A program made the position numbers and the translations under genes. The notes under the pieces were generated by a model, which ran no database searches, was not told where the DNA came from, and saw only the letters and a list, made by a program, of their open reading frames with translations. DNA of 63,825 bases, filler included, from Octopus bimaculoides (taxonomy: Eukaryota): assembly GCF_001194135.2 (NCBI RefSeq). It is 6 parts of 6 records of this genome, joined end to end, with 100 filler letters (N's around TTAATTAATTAA, not from the genome) between each part and the next. Parts side by side here need not be neighbours in the genome. Positions count along the whole stretch, not along the records: positions 9,364 to 28,492 come from NC_068985.1; 5 more parts are not named here. The stretch is one strand, 5' to 3'. This document shows, piece after piece, positions 11,458 to 24,669 of this stretch. Position 1 is the first letter of the stretch. Every line of letters starts with the position of its first letter.

Positions 11458-12452
11458 TTATTCAATATGTCTGCCTCATTGTCCACCACAGCCTCCACAC
11501 GCCGCCGGAAGGCGTCACAACTCTTCATGTTGTCCCGCTCTTCTCTCAAGATTTGCTTAAAATGATCAGGACCTGGATGCAATGTTTTGTTGGTAGAGAA
11601 CTCCAATTTGCCCCATACGGCATAGTTCAGGAAATTCAAGTCCGGGCTGGAAGAAAACCAGAAGTTGGCAGACCAAATGTCGGCGAAGTCGTCTTCGCAG
11701 AATTTCTGCACTTTCTTCGCCGTAGGAACAGGAGAACCATCTTGGGTCCACACATAATTACCCTTGGGGTAGTTAGACTTCAATCAAGGCAAAACCTTAT
11801 ACTGCAGGACTCTATAATAAACGTCATCCCTCACCTTTTTCCCAAACTTGAAAAAATGAAGAGGCATCTGTTTTCCGTCAGACGCCACGCCCCCGTATCA
11901 TGACTTGAGGTGGGGGCTTGGTTCTAAAGACGCCCTTTACTTCAGAAGCTGACTTAGCAATGTATCGATCATAGCGACGTTTTAAAACAGCATCAACGGT
12001 AAAGATATTTTCATCTGAACAGATTTTGATGGTTTGTCTATTGTGCTTCAGGTATCGCAACACGTTTTTGGCCCAGTCATGACTTTTGGTTTTCATTGCA
12101 TGAGTCAATAAGTGTCTTGGGGTCCTCACGTATGACCTCAAATGTAAATCAGTTTGCACAGCATTTCTGATGGTCTTTCGATCAACTTTCATGTCCATGG
12201 AAATTTTTTTTTTATGGATGTTGGGTTTTTCGAAATTTTGGCTTTGAGAGATTTAAAAAATGCATTATCCTGGTATTTATTTATGTCTTTATTTCCTTGC
12301 TTTCTCTCGATGCCTCCAATATCCAGTATTCGGTTCTTAAGGTTGTAGACAGTGCTCACAGAGGCCCCAACAATCTGAGCAATACGTCTAATTGCAACCG
12401 TGGCACGAAGCAAATCTGCAATGCGTTGTTTCCTGGCTTCTTAAATAGACAT
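11458..12452 (-). pseudogene. maT/DD37D (Bmmar1-like) Tc1-mariner transposase pseudogene
   Basis: SDENIFTVD...RYDRYIA, QDGSP...W-x-SSSPDLNFLNYAVWGKLE; 37 residues between the second D and the third catalytic position; stops and frameshifts (ATG 12452, TAA at codon 4). Confidence 0.85.
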
Positions 12453-12596
12453 GTTAGATTGTATGGCTAGAACTTCTGCTTAAATTAACTCTGTATACCT
12501 CGACTCTGAAATTGAAAACAATATTTTAGTATTTACGTTCAGGAATATATGAAAAGAAAGGCTTCCAAAATACTCCAAGTTTTGCTTCTCCATCCT

Positions 12597-12629
12597 GTAG
12601 TAGTAGTAGTAGTAGTAATAATAATAATA

Positions 12630-12661
<32 letters not shown>

Positions 12662-12713
12662 GATTATTGATAATAATAATAATAACAACAGTAATATAGT
12701 AACAGCAACAGTG

Positions 12714-12747
<34 letters not shown>

Positions 12748-12754
12748 AGAAAAT

Positions 12755-12785
<31 letters not shown>
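12597..12785. repeat. Compound trinucleotide tract (TAG)/(TAA)/(TGA)/(CTA)/(TTA)
   Basis: Direct reading. Confidence 0.9.
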
Positions 12786-12857
12786 GCCTTTGCACATCTT
12801 CTAACGCTGGAGATTTACTACGATGTCAGCTGTTCGCTACCAGTGAATTAAGAAAAT

Positions 12858-12968
12858 GGATGAAAGGCAAAGTCGTCCTCGGTGGAATTTGAACTCAGAA
12901 AGTAAAGACGGACGAAATACCGGTAAGCATTTTGTCCGGCGTGCTAACGATTCTGCCAGCTCGGCACC
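12858..12968 (-). mobile_element. SINE family A
   Basis: AAGGCAAAGTCGTCCTCGGTGGAATTTGAACTCAGAA...GCTAACGATTCTGCCAGCTCG. Confidence 0.8.
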
Positions 12969-12969
12969 T

Positions 12970-13000
<31 letters not shown>

Positions 13001-13457
13001 AATAATAATGATGATGATCCTTTCTACTACAGGCAAAAAGCCTGAAATGTTTTTTTTGGGGTGGGGGGTATCCAAAAGTGTTCAGCTGTCTTTCAAGTGC
13101 TTAGAACCCTCCTGATAATTGTTGCTGCCCTTAAAAGATAAACTTTCCGGAGGAGATCTACTAGGCATTCTATTTCTATCTCCTTCAGCGATTTGTCTAT
13201 ATCTTTGGTTACTGTACCCAACGCGCTCCAAATTCTTCCTATTTCAAATTTTGAGGGATTGTATTTTTCTTTTTTATTTTTCGCCCTCCTTCCTTACGAT
13301 TCTGTAATCAAAGGGGCATGATGTGTCGTTTAGTAAGCAACTTCACTTATCCTTATCTATAATTGTTATGCCTGGTCTATTGAGTATGATATGTAGATGC
13401 TATATTTGTTTCCTAGTGCCTCAATGTCGAATAAAAGACATCATATGTATGTATATG

Positions 13458-13512
<55 letters not shown>

Positions 13513-14356
13513 NNNNNNNNNNNNNNNNNNNNNNNNNNNNNNNNNNNNNNNNNNNNNNNNNNNNNNNNNNNNNNNNNNNNNNNNNNNNNNNNNNNNNNNN
13601 NNNNNNNNNNNNNNNNNNNNNNNNNNNNNNNNNNNNNNNNNNNNNNNNNNNNNNNNNNNNNNNNNNNNNNNNNNNNNNNNNNNNNNNNNNNNNNNNNNNN
13701 NNNNNNNNNNNNNNNNNNNNNNNNNNNNNNNNNNNNNNNNNNNNNNNNNNNNNNNNNNNNNNNNNNNNNNNNNNNNNNNNNNNNNNNNNNNNNNNNNNNN
13801 NNNNNNNNNNNNNNNNNNTATTCACGCTCGCACACATATGTATAAACATATATTCATGTATACGTCTACTTTTATCTACCTCTATATTTCCATTCCAGTA
13901 TGGATATTACGTGACTTATATGAGCAAAATATCTATTATATACTTTAACTATTCCTTGCTACTTTTCCTTTCTACTTTACACAATCATAACATTAATTTT
14001 TTTGCAGTAAAATAGTTTAATTCTCAATTTTCATTTTTCAGTTTTTTTTTATATTAACACAAACATTCATCCCTTAGGTTTTCATAATAATTTCTTTCAT
14101 TCTCTATTGTAGCATTCAGTGAATTTGTGTTTGTTGAGATGCATCTAGGTACCATTACGCAATTGATTCCTTCTTGTCTAGGTGTTTCGATAATAATCTA
14201 CCTCGATATCCTGCCTCATCTCTCTTGTATTTAACTCTTGTATGTAACTTTATTCATAGGTAGACTTTTGTTTCTAGTCTGATTCCCCCTTACTCTCTCT
14301 CTCTCTCTGCGTGTGTCTATGTCATTCTGTTTTTTATCTCTTTCTGCCTCTCTCCC

Positions 14357-14433
<77 letters not shown>

Positions 14434-15589
14434 ATATGTTTATCTTCTATATTTATATACATCTATGACTATTTCTATCTATGTGTGTGTGTGCGTACGT
14501 GTGTGTGTATGTACAAGTGTGACCGAGCATTTTCTGCTTGTACCGCTTCTTTAAAGCACAATATAATTCCTCAATGAATTGCATCGGTTTGTTCTGCTTA
14601 TCTACTTCATCACACACATAACGATCAAGTAATATAACGTCACGTCGTTTCTGTCTCAGATACATGTAAGATTGTATTTTAATAACTTGATGCATACTAA
14701 ATGTCTTACGTATATATTTTTAGGAAGTTTTTAATGGTTCTCAATATTCCGTAAATATAGCTTAATTGTATAACTTTTCTATAACTTCTACATGGATAAC
14801 TATTGGCTAGAATCTTTATACTCATTCAGTTAAACGATACAGATGTATACGAAAAAATATTTCCTGAGAGTATCCTCTGCTGTATCTTGAATATTTTAAC
14901 TCCCTAAGGGGCTGTTGTGGTTGCATGGTTAAAAAATAGATTTGCAGTCATGTGCTTTCGGGTTAGATCCCACCGCATGGCACATGCGTCAGGTTTCTTT
15001 TACAGAACAACTAATGGTTCAGGAGTGAATTTAGTTGACGGAAAATGTATGGAAGCGCGCCGCGTATATGCACGTACATGATCTTCGAGCTAAATTTAAT
15101 AATCAGTCTCTCCTTTTGGGCGAAATCCTAATTTCTTCTATTGAAAACATAGGAACCGGAAGAAATTTAGGAACAAAATCAGGGGGAGGGGCACAAATGT
15201 CACCTTGGACATGCTAGAAACAAAAGGTAAAGGACAGGATTTCTGGGAGAACTTCTTTGTAAGTTTATGTCGAAGACCAGGTTTTTAAATACGGTCCTCA
15301 CAAACATGAATTACAGAATAGAAAATAGTGATTTCATTTGGATTTAAGCCGTAATTTTCGTATGCACACAGCAAGAAATAACATAATTCGTACAGAAGTT
15401 TCACCTAGAGAGAGAGAGAGGGGGGAGTATGTGTGTGCATGTGTGTGTGTACGCGTGTGTGTGCGTGTATATGTGCGAGTCAAAAGAAATTATTTTATGG
15501 CATTCTTTCGTTTGAAGCAGTAAAGTTGTCGACTCGATAACATGGTCGATCATATGGGGTCATATGACTTTGTTAATTTCCGTAAAACA

Positions 15590-16456
15590 TTTATTTCCTT
15601 ATGCTCTGAAGAGATCAGAAATTGGGAGAGAGGAGAAAGTGAAGAGGCGACATTTGCTTTGAACTGAGAGCAGAAAGTGAAAGAGAGGAGAAAGTGAAAG
15701 GTGTATGCACATGTATATGAAATGGAGGTGTGTGTATGTGTGAGAGAGGGAAAGAAAGTGAGTGAAGGTGTGTTGTCATGCATGTATTATTTTGCATGTA
15801 TGTGTAAGTGGCACTCACTCGCTCTCTCTCTCTCTTTCTCTATATCTCTCTCTCTCTCTCCCTCTCTCTCTCTCTCTCTTACACACACATATCATCTTTC
15901 ATATACACGTACATAAATACATATGCATATATCTTTTTTGTATGCACGTGTGCGTGTGCATGTGAGAGAGAAAGTGAGTGATTGTATTTCCTAATAACAT
16001 ATAGAGACATGGATGTCTTTTGAGGTACATACTGATATAAAAAATGTGACGTCATCGTTATCGTCGTGGTATAAAATATTTACGACACTTGACTTATAGA
16101 AAAGATTAAAATGTTAAATTTTTGTAACGCAAATATGTAAATGAACATAAAGTTCATTTGGTACCAGAAAGATTACTGAATCTTTTAATACCCCATACGT
16201 CAAAGTCGGAAACTCAGTTTTCGAATGCAGTCTCCAATTTCCGAAAAAATTTTTTTAATTTCTTTGTGCTTTGGAGGGAGAAGAAATTGAAACAGAAGGG
16301 AAAGTCAGAAGGCAACATTGCTTTGAAGTGAGAGAAGAAAGTGAAGGAGAGGAGAAAGTGAAAGATATATGTACGTGTGAATGAAATGGATGTGTTTGTC
16401 TGTGTGTGTGTGTTTGCGTTTGTGTGTGTGCGCGTGTGCGTGTGTGCATGTGTGTG

Positions 16457-16494
<38 letters not shown>

Positions 16495-16621
16495 AGAGTG
16501 AGTGAAGGTGTGTGTTCTCATGCATGTATTTTTTTGAATGTATGTATAAGTGACAATCACTCGGTCTCTCTGTCTCTCATACACATCATCGTTCATACAC
16601 ACGTATATAGATGCATATGCG
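15590..16621. repeat. Diverged direct duplication (about 15590-15960 vs 16255-16621)
   Basis: Shared AGAGGAGAAAGTGAAAG, GTGAGTGAAGGTGTGT...TCATGCATGTATT, CACTCG blocks; period about 660-700 bp. Confidence 0.75.
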
Positions 16622-17133
16622 NNNNNNNNNNNNNNNNNNNNNNNNNNNNNNNNNNNNNNNNNNNNNNNNNNNNNNNNNNNNNNNNNNNNNNNNNNNNNNN
16701 NNNNNNNNNNNNNNNNNNNNNNNNNNNNNNNNNNNNNNNNNNNNNNNNNNNNNNNNNNNNNNNNNNNNNNNNNNNNNNNNNNNNNNNNNNNNNNNNNNNN
16801 NNNNNNNNNNNNNNNNNNNNNNNNNNNNNNNNNNNNNNNNNNNNNNNNNNNNNNNNNNNNNNNNNNNNNNNNNNNNNNNNNNNNNNNNNNNNNNNNNNNN
16901 NNNNNNNNNNNNNNNNNNNNNNNNNNNNNNNNNNNNNNNNNNNNNNNNNNNNNNNNNNNNNNNNNNNNNNNNNNNNNNNNNNNNNNNNNNNNNNNNNNNN
17001 NNNNNNNNNNNNNNNNNNNNNNNTAATATAGGGTAAAATCTTTATAAGAATTTATCAAGTAGTCAGCGTGAAAAAACCCCATAAGGAAAAAAACCATCGT
17101 TTTTTTTCCCATAAATATATATAATTTATATAA

Positions 17134-17703
17134 GGGCATTAACTATATAGTAATGCCTCACGCTTAGAGGGACTAAATAAGTCTAAAACTACCAAAAAAT
17201 AAGCACATATTTACCGAAAGCGAGGGAAATGCAACTTTCAAAAATTAACCTCCTAAAAACATTTAACTTAACGGTTTCACAATTATAAAGATTTTATCCT
17301 ATATTATATTATAAATAATTAGAATATATTCAGTGCTGAATATTATTCTGTAAAAGCACGTGTTACCGAGATGCATCTGGATAAAGGTAACCTCTTTCAC
17401 GGATATTTAATGATGAACAGAAGTCATCGTACGGTGTTGGGTACATCGGGGTATGTTGATTTTTGTTTATTTTTTATGTGTCTCGACCATACGTGCACTG
17501 ATGAACAAAAGATGCAGCTTACTTCACAGTTTTGCTGTATTAATTGTGAAACCAGTGGTTTGCCGTTAAGTTAAATGTTTTTAGGAGGTTAATTTTTGAA
17601 AGTTGTATTTCCCTCGCTTTCGGTAAATATGTGCTTATTTTTTGGTAGTTTTTGACTTATTTAGTCCCTCTAAGCGTGAGGCATTACTATATAGTTAATG
17701 CCC
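17134..17703. mobile_element. MITE with 141-bp TIRs, PIF/Harbinger (Tourist)-like
   Basis: 17134-17274 is a near-perfect reverse complement of 17563-17703. Termini GGGC...GCCC; TAA on the left; first T of the right TSD visible before the gap. Confidence 0.8.
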
Positions 17704-18318
17704 TNNNNNNNNNNNNNNNNNNNNNNNNNNNNNNNNNNNNNNNNNNNNNNNNNNNNNNNNNNNNNNNNNNNNNNNNNNNNNNNNNNNNNNNNNNNNNNNN
17801 NNNNNNNNNNNNNNNNNNNNNNNNNNNNNNNNNNNNNNNNNNNNNNNNNNNNNNNNNNNNNNNNNNNNNNNNNNNNNNNNNNNNNNNNNNNNNNNNNNNN
17901 NNNNNNNNNNNNNNNNNNNNNNNNNNNNNNNNNNNNNNNNNNNNNNNNNNNNNNNNNNNNNNNNNNNNNNNNNNNNNNNNNNNNNNNNNNNNNNNNNNNN
18001 NNNNNNNNNNNNNNNNNNNNNNNNNNNNNNNNNNNNNNNNNNNNNNNNNNNNNNNNNNNNNNNNNNNNNNNNNNNNNNNNNNNNNNNNNNNNNNNNNNNN
18101 NNNNNNNNNNNNNNNNNNNNNNNNNNNNNNNNNNNNNNNNNNNNNNNNNNNNNNNNNNNNNNNNNNNNNNNNNNNNNNNNNNNNNNNNNNNNNNNNNNNN
18201 NNNNNNNNNNNNNNNNNNNNNNNNNNNNNNNNNNNNNNNNNNNNNNNNNNNNNNNNNNNNNNNNNNNNNNNNNNNNNNNNNNNNNNNNNNNNNNNNNNNN
18301 NNNNNNNNNNNNNNNNNA

Positions 18319-18490
<172 letters not shown>

Positions 18491-18699
18491 GAATGTAGAG
18501 ACTTGTACATCCACAAATTCGTTTTATAGTTATATACAGTTTATTATAATGACCTACACGTGTTTCCGCCATAGCGACTATTCACTGTTGCAAATGCAAC
18601 CTTGCAATATTGTCGGTGCAGCTTCATCAAAGATCGACCAGTGGTTATCCTCGAAGTGAACTGATTGAAATAAATTTTCCTTAATCTTCTGTGGGAGGC

Positions 18700-19620
18700 T
18701 GGCGTGCTGTTATTTATTGTTTCAACACTTTGATAACGAGTGGTGAAAAAAATTCAATTAGATCGATTTTATGCTACTTGTGGTAAAAAGGACTAAGCAG
18801 AAATCAAGGACTAGGAGATCTTTTGTGGTGAAAGATGTGGCTTTGCTTGAAACGGTTGAACAACACCAGACACAAGTACGCGTACACTGTCAGCAGAATT
18901 GGTCTTTCCCGAAGCACTATCAACTGACACGTCCATCAGCTCGGTCTTGTGAACGGATGCACTCGAGAAGTTCCTCCTGAACTAACCAATGATCAAACGC
19001 AACGGCGTATGAACATTTGCAACAGCAGCTGGAAATGCCACGAGATGTTGGATTTTGGCATTGAAATGTAACTGGAGATGAAAATTGAATTTTGCAATCC
19101 TCATAAGAGAAATCAGTGGCTTCGTTCCAACTTGGCTTCAAAGCCTATTGTCAAACGAGGTCGGTTTGAACAGACGGTTATATTTTATGTTTGGTGGAAT
19201 TTCGAGGAGATGTTGAACTTTGAGTTTGTCTCTGATGGTCATGCTGTGAACGCTAACCTTTATGCTCAACAAGTGCAGCGAGTACATGACGCTTTAAAAG
19301 CCCGCTACTCGGCATCTGATAACCGATAGAAAAGGGCAGACATGAGGAACTTGATGGGAAGGAAATGCTGTCTCACCCTGCTTACAGTGTAGACCTTGCA
19401 TCATCAGAGCTTCCGAGTCATGGCTCATTTCCTTTATGGACGGAAGTTCAACGAAGTGGATGAAGCTGAAAACGGGTGCAGGGAGGTTTTGCCTCTGAAT
19501 CAGCCAAATTGTATAAGAGTTGAGTTGAGCTTCTGGCACAATAATAGCAACAGACAATGGAATATGGTGGGATATATTCTGATGATAAAACATTTTAGGT
19601 GTGTAATTTGTTTGGACAGT
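18700..19620 (+). pseudogene. Mariner (DD34D-type) transposase relic
   Basis: VTGDEN, NPHKRNQWL...KPIVK...VIFYVWWNFEEMLNFEFVSDGHAVNANLYAQQVQRVHDALKARY motifs; many stops and frameshifts. Confidence 0.85.
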
Positions 19621-19663
19621 TAATTACAGCTTGAAATACGAAAAAAAGTTTGACTCAACTTGA

Positions 19664-19792
19664 GAAGAAGAAGAAGAAGAAGAAGAAGAAGAAGAAGAAG
19701 AAGAAGAAGAAGAAGAAGAAGAAGAAGAAGAAGAAGAAGAAGAAGAAGAAGAAGAAGAAGAAGAAGAAGAAGAAGAAGAAGAAGAAGAAGAA
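19664..19792. repeat. (GAA)43 microsatellite
   Basis: Direct reading. Confidence 0.95.
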
Positions 19793-20073
19793 TGCAAAGG
19801 AGATAATCAGCCTTAAAATAATTCGATATCCAGCAGACGTAAACAAGATGTTAATGATTTACTAAGTGCCGAATGGTCTATTTTTAAATTCGACAATCTG
19901 TACTTCTTAAAATGCGGACAAACAGAAAAAGATTTTGTTCCTGGAATCTTTATATTCATATGAGTTTGTCAAGATTTTTAAGAGATATAGTTTTTCAAGA
20001 AAACATACTGAGCATTTTTTGAACCCGTTAATATAAGGTCTGGTTTTGGGGAGAATTTTCCATTTATATAGAA

Positions 20074-20113
<40 letters not shown>

Positions 20114-21682
20114 ATGGATATATAGATAGATAAGTAACTAGTTTGATAAGTGCCAATGAAAGAAATTCTCTGGCCTCGAGTCACTCAGTTACTTCTGTTA
20201 TATATTAATAGAAATATCCACTCAGAATGGTAGAAACAAGGAACGAAGAAAACACATCTTCACATCTTGGTAATATATTTTTATAATATGTATACTACAG
20301 AGTGCATGTAGCTGTGTCAGAAGGAGACTGGCCGATAAAATATGAATCAATGATTCGTATCGTAACCCCAAATGTTCATATCTTGACAGCAACCATTCAT
20401 TACATGGTTACCCTCGTAAGTATGCAATACCACTGAATAGAGTAGACGTAGAATTCACTGATGTATGCTGTAGTTACACTGTAAATTTCATGAGAGTCTC
20501 ATTACATTTCAACAGAAATGACGTGAAATTTCATCTATTGTTTGTTAGAAGGTTGAGAGGTTGAGTCAGTAAACCACGGTGTTAAACATGCAATTCTGTA
20601 AGAATCGATAAAGCTAGAAAATTCAGTCTAGACGGTCTACACTGGTAGGGCATCAGACAACGAAACATTGCAATTGATATTTCAAGTAGTTAAAAGCTTC
20701 ATACACACTATACAATTCCAATAACAAAACCACAAAATGGATGTAAATTAACGAGTAAAGATACACCGAATGCAGATATACAAGATAAAGAAACATATTT
20801 AGCAATAAAACTATTTCTACTAATAAAACATCATGATCAAACAAGCCAATGTGAGTAACTCTAAGAGGTCAATCGACCTTCAAAAATCGGAACCAAGTTC
20901 TACTCAAATCTCAACTTATCCTCTTTACGATGAGACGCGTTCCGGCATTTGTCCCAAAGACGTGTTTCCATCTTTGTTTCTTCTGTTGCTACTATAATGG
21001 TCGCTCCGATCTGGCTAGTATCATATGTCCATTACTTAGGTACGCCAGGCCATTTGTCTCTCCACTTGCTATCATCTTAGATGCGAACCTACCCAGCCTC
21101 GCAATGACCACTATGCTAACGAACTCTTACTCTAATTAAGTTGTCCTTTATCTTCTAGAACATCCATCTTCTGGAATCATCTTTCTGTTCCTTATTCCTG
21201 TCGGTGTTAACCAGAAGTACATTCAAAAGAACATTAAACTAAGTTACTAGTCTCGGAGGTGTCTGTCACAATTATGGGCAATAACCCTTCCTCGTGACTC
21301 ACCATCTGAAACAGAAAGAATAGATACATAGCATAATATATACAATGTTTGAATGTATTTATGACAGATGGGATGGTCATATTTGAATTTCCTTTGATTA
21401 TAGTATTACTGGATAAAGGCTGAAACCTGGGCTTAGAACTGACAACAAAAAATAGAAGTAACATCACCAATAACAGCAAATACAAGATGAACGCAAAAAT
21501 GGTATCGAAAACCAATATAAACAATATGTAGATGTTCCCCTATAGATACAAGGATTGAAGTAAATGGAAACTTTACCTAAAAAGGATGTTACGTTTGTAT
21601 TCATTTTCTATTTAGTTTTATGTTTGTAAAAATAAGTTATTTGGAGGAGTGCTGACTATTGTATCACTCATGCAAGAGAGAG

Positions 21683-21741
<59 letters not shown>

Positions 21742-21742
21742 T

Positions 21743-21778
<36 letters not shown>

Positions 21779-22593
21779 GGGGGAGAGTATGTGTTCGACA
21801 GATCAAACTGAAGACATAAAACTATTATTTAGCTACTATTGTAGTTATGTTGTTGTTTAGCTCCAAGGCGGCTTTGATTGAGTAAGTATTTAATCAAAGG
21901 ACTTGAAACAGTAACTATCCCGTCTGTTTTACTTTCATTGACATATTGTATCTCGGACTACATCATTCATTGTGTCCTTTTTTTTAAAGGCAGAAATAGA
22001 TGATTTAAGGCAGATTAATTCTCTGATATTACTAGCTAGTAAGGTTGTTGCTGTAACACTTTACGTTTCTTATATTCTTTCAATCATTCATCTATTCATC
22101 GTTTCCTGGGCAACTTCAGAATCTGGGAATTGGTACAGAGTCGAAATGGCTACAAGGACACCATTATTTCCTACAAATGGTAAATCAATTCAGATAATAT
22201 ACAAACAAAAGAATAATAAGCCATAAACATGAAAGACACAATAAAGAAGAGTTTTGGAACTCCAATGTTTCACATCCAATACATATATATGTACGAAAAT
22301 CTCGACAACAATACTTCTATATATTATACATACAGAATCCGATCGTCAGCAGTACACACCTGAGTTATATTGAAAGTTTCTTATCGACTGTCATTATTCC
22401 TAGTATTTCTAACTTTGGTAACCTCATTGAATATCAGATTAGCTATCAATATTTTCCAGGAAGTAGTTTTGGTTTTTCTTGTTCAATCGTTTCAGCTAAC
22501 ACCGACTCTATGGTAACATTAATTGCCATACATACATGCATTCATACATACATACATACACACATACATACATATACACACACACACATACAT

Positions 22594-22625
<32 letters not shown>

Positions 22626-22762
22626 CATACGTACACAGGCACACAAACACATACGCACACACGCACGCACGCGCGTGCACACACATACATATAACACATT
22701 CACTTATGTACGTGCAGATATATGTTCATAAATGTATATATATGTAAGTATAAATGTACACT

Positions 22763-22803
<41 letters not shown>

Positions 22804-22916
22804 ACGCACACACAGATATATATATGAGAGAGAGAGATATATAAACATAGATACGTATACATATATACATAGAGTATCATATATATGTGAGTATGTATAC
22901 ATACATGATATGTGTA

Positions 22917-22950
<34 letters not shown>

Positions 22951-23296
22951 NNNNNNNNNNNNNNNNNNNNNNNNNNNNNNNNNNNNNNNNNNNNNNNNNN
23001 NNNNNNNNNNNNNNNNNNNNNNNNNNNNNNNNNNNNNNNNNNNNNNNNNNNNNNNNNNNNNNNNNNNNNNNNNNNNNNNNNNNNNNNNNNNNNNNNNNNN
23101 NNNNNNNNNNNNNNNNNNNNNNNNNNNNNNNNNNNNNNNNNNNNNNNNNNNNNNNNNNNNNNNNNNNNNNNNNNNNNNNNNNNNNNNNNNNNNNNNNNNN
23201 NNNNNNNNNNNNNNNNNNNNNNNNNNNNNNNNNNNNNNNNNNNNNNNNNNNNNNNNNNNNNNNNNNNNNNNNNNNNNNNNNNNNNNNNNNNNNNNN

Positions 23297-23331
<35 letters not shown>

Positions 23332-23525
23332 CATTTGCGCACAAACACATAATGCACATACAAGTTATTACATTGAATATGTAAAAGTACAAACAGCTTC
23401 ATTCATCTTTGTGCAACAAAAATATGTTAAAGTGTACACCCATTCACACATACGCACATACAGCCTCTCTCTAATTCTCTCTCCATCTCTCTGTCCTTCT
23501 CACACAATATTGTATATACATATAT

Positions 23526-23573
<48 letters not shown>

Positions 23574-23660
23574 ACATACACCTACAATATACACAAACGC
23601 AGTATCTATATGTATATATATTCATACACAAACGCAATATATATATGTATACATACACAT

Positions 23661-23706
<46 letters not shown>

Positions 23707-23914
23707 CACACACAAAGAGGAGAGGGAAAAACAGAAAGCGTGGTTATATACAATTGTAGATATTGTAAACATCAAGTTACAAATTTCATCTTTGTGCTTT
23801 TTTTGAAAACGAAGGAATAAAATCGATTCTATTCATACGAGTTTTTCTTATATATGGTGATATGGAATTTCACGGACATACACACGTATGCTGGCAAACA
23901 TACACACACAAACA

Positions 23915-23985
<71 letters not shown>

Positions 23986-24442
23986 GCACACACAAGAATC
24001 TACATACATGTTGATACATATACAGAAATAAATTACATAAAAGAATAATGTTTAATCAGTTTTAATAGCAGTGCAAGAAATGTGGGTTCACGTTCTGTGA
24101 ATTTGTTTATCTAAGGATGTGCTACTACTATTTCTATACAATTGTCTTCTGTTTCACTACGTTTCCTTTCTTCATTAATCAACGCTTAAAACCAGTGCTT
24201 GTATATCGGAGCCGTGATGTTTTAGCCATCGATTAGTCTGGGTTGCATCTGGATCTTACTCTCAAATTTGGTAAATATTCCTTAATACATAGCGACCTTA
24301 TCTCATGACAAATAGAAAAGCTTTAACAGTTATTTATACAGAAATGGATCTATATTAAATATACCAAGTCTATTCGTAATGTACTGGGATCATGACAAAT
24401 CTGGATTCATGACAAGCATACCGGTTCATGATAAATATACTA

Positions 24443-24555
24443 CACACGAAGGGGTACTGAAAGGTTTCTGACTTTGGATTACAGAAAATACAGGAGGACC
24501 AGTTAATTATAATTTTATTCAGCACATTCCCCTCTCAGATTCACGCACTTACTGT
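24443..24555 (-). mobile_element. Partial mariner-derived MITE (same family as 30772)
   Basis: Reverse complement matches the 3' half and TIR of the 30772-30992 element. Confidence 0.7.
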
Positions 24556-24669
24556 TTAGAAATTTACAGAGAAAATGAGTTGAAATCTCTGCTTTCGCTC
24601 TCTCTCTCTCTCTCTCTCTCTCCCCCTCTCTCTCTCCCCCCCCCTCTCTCTCTCTCTCTCAATAAATCT

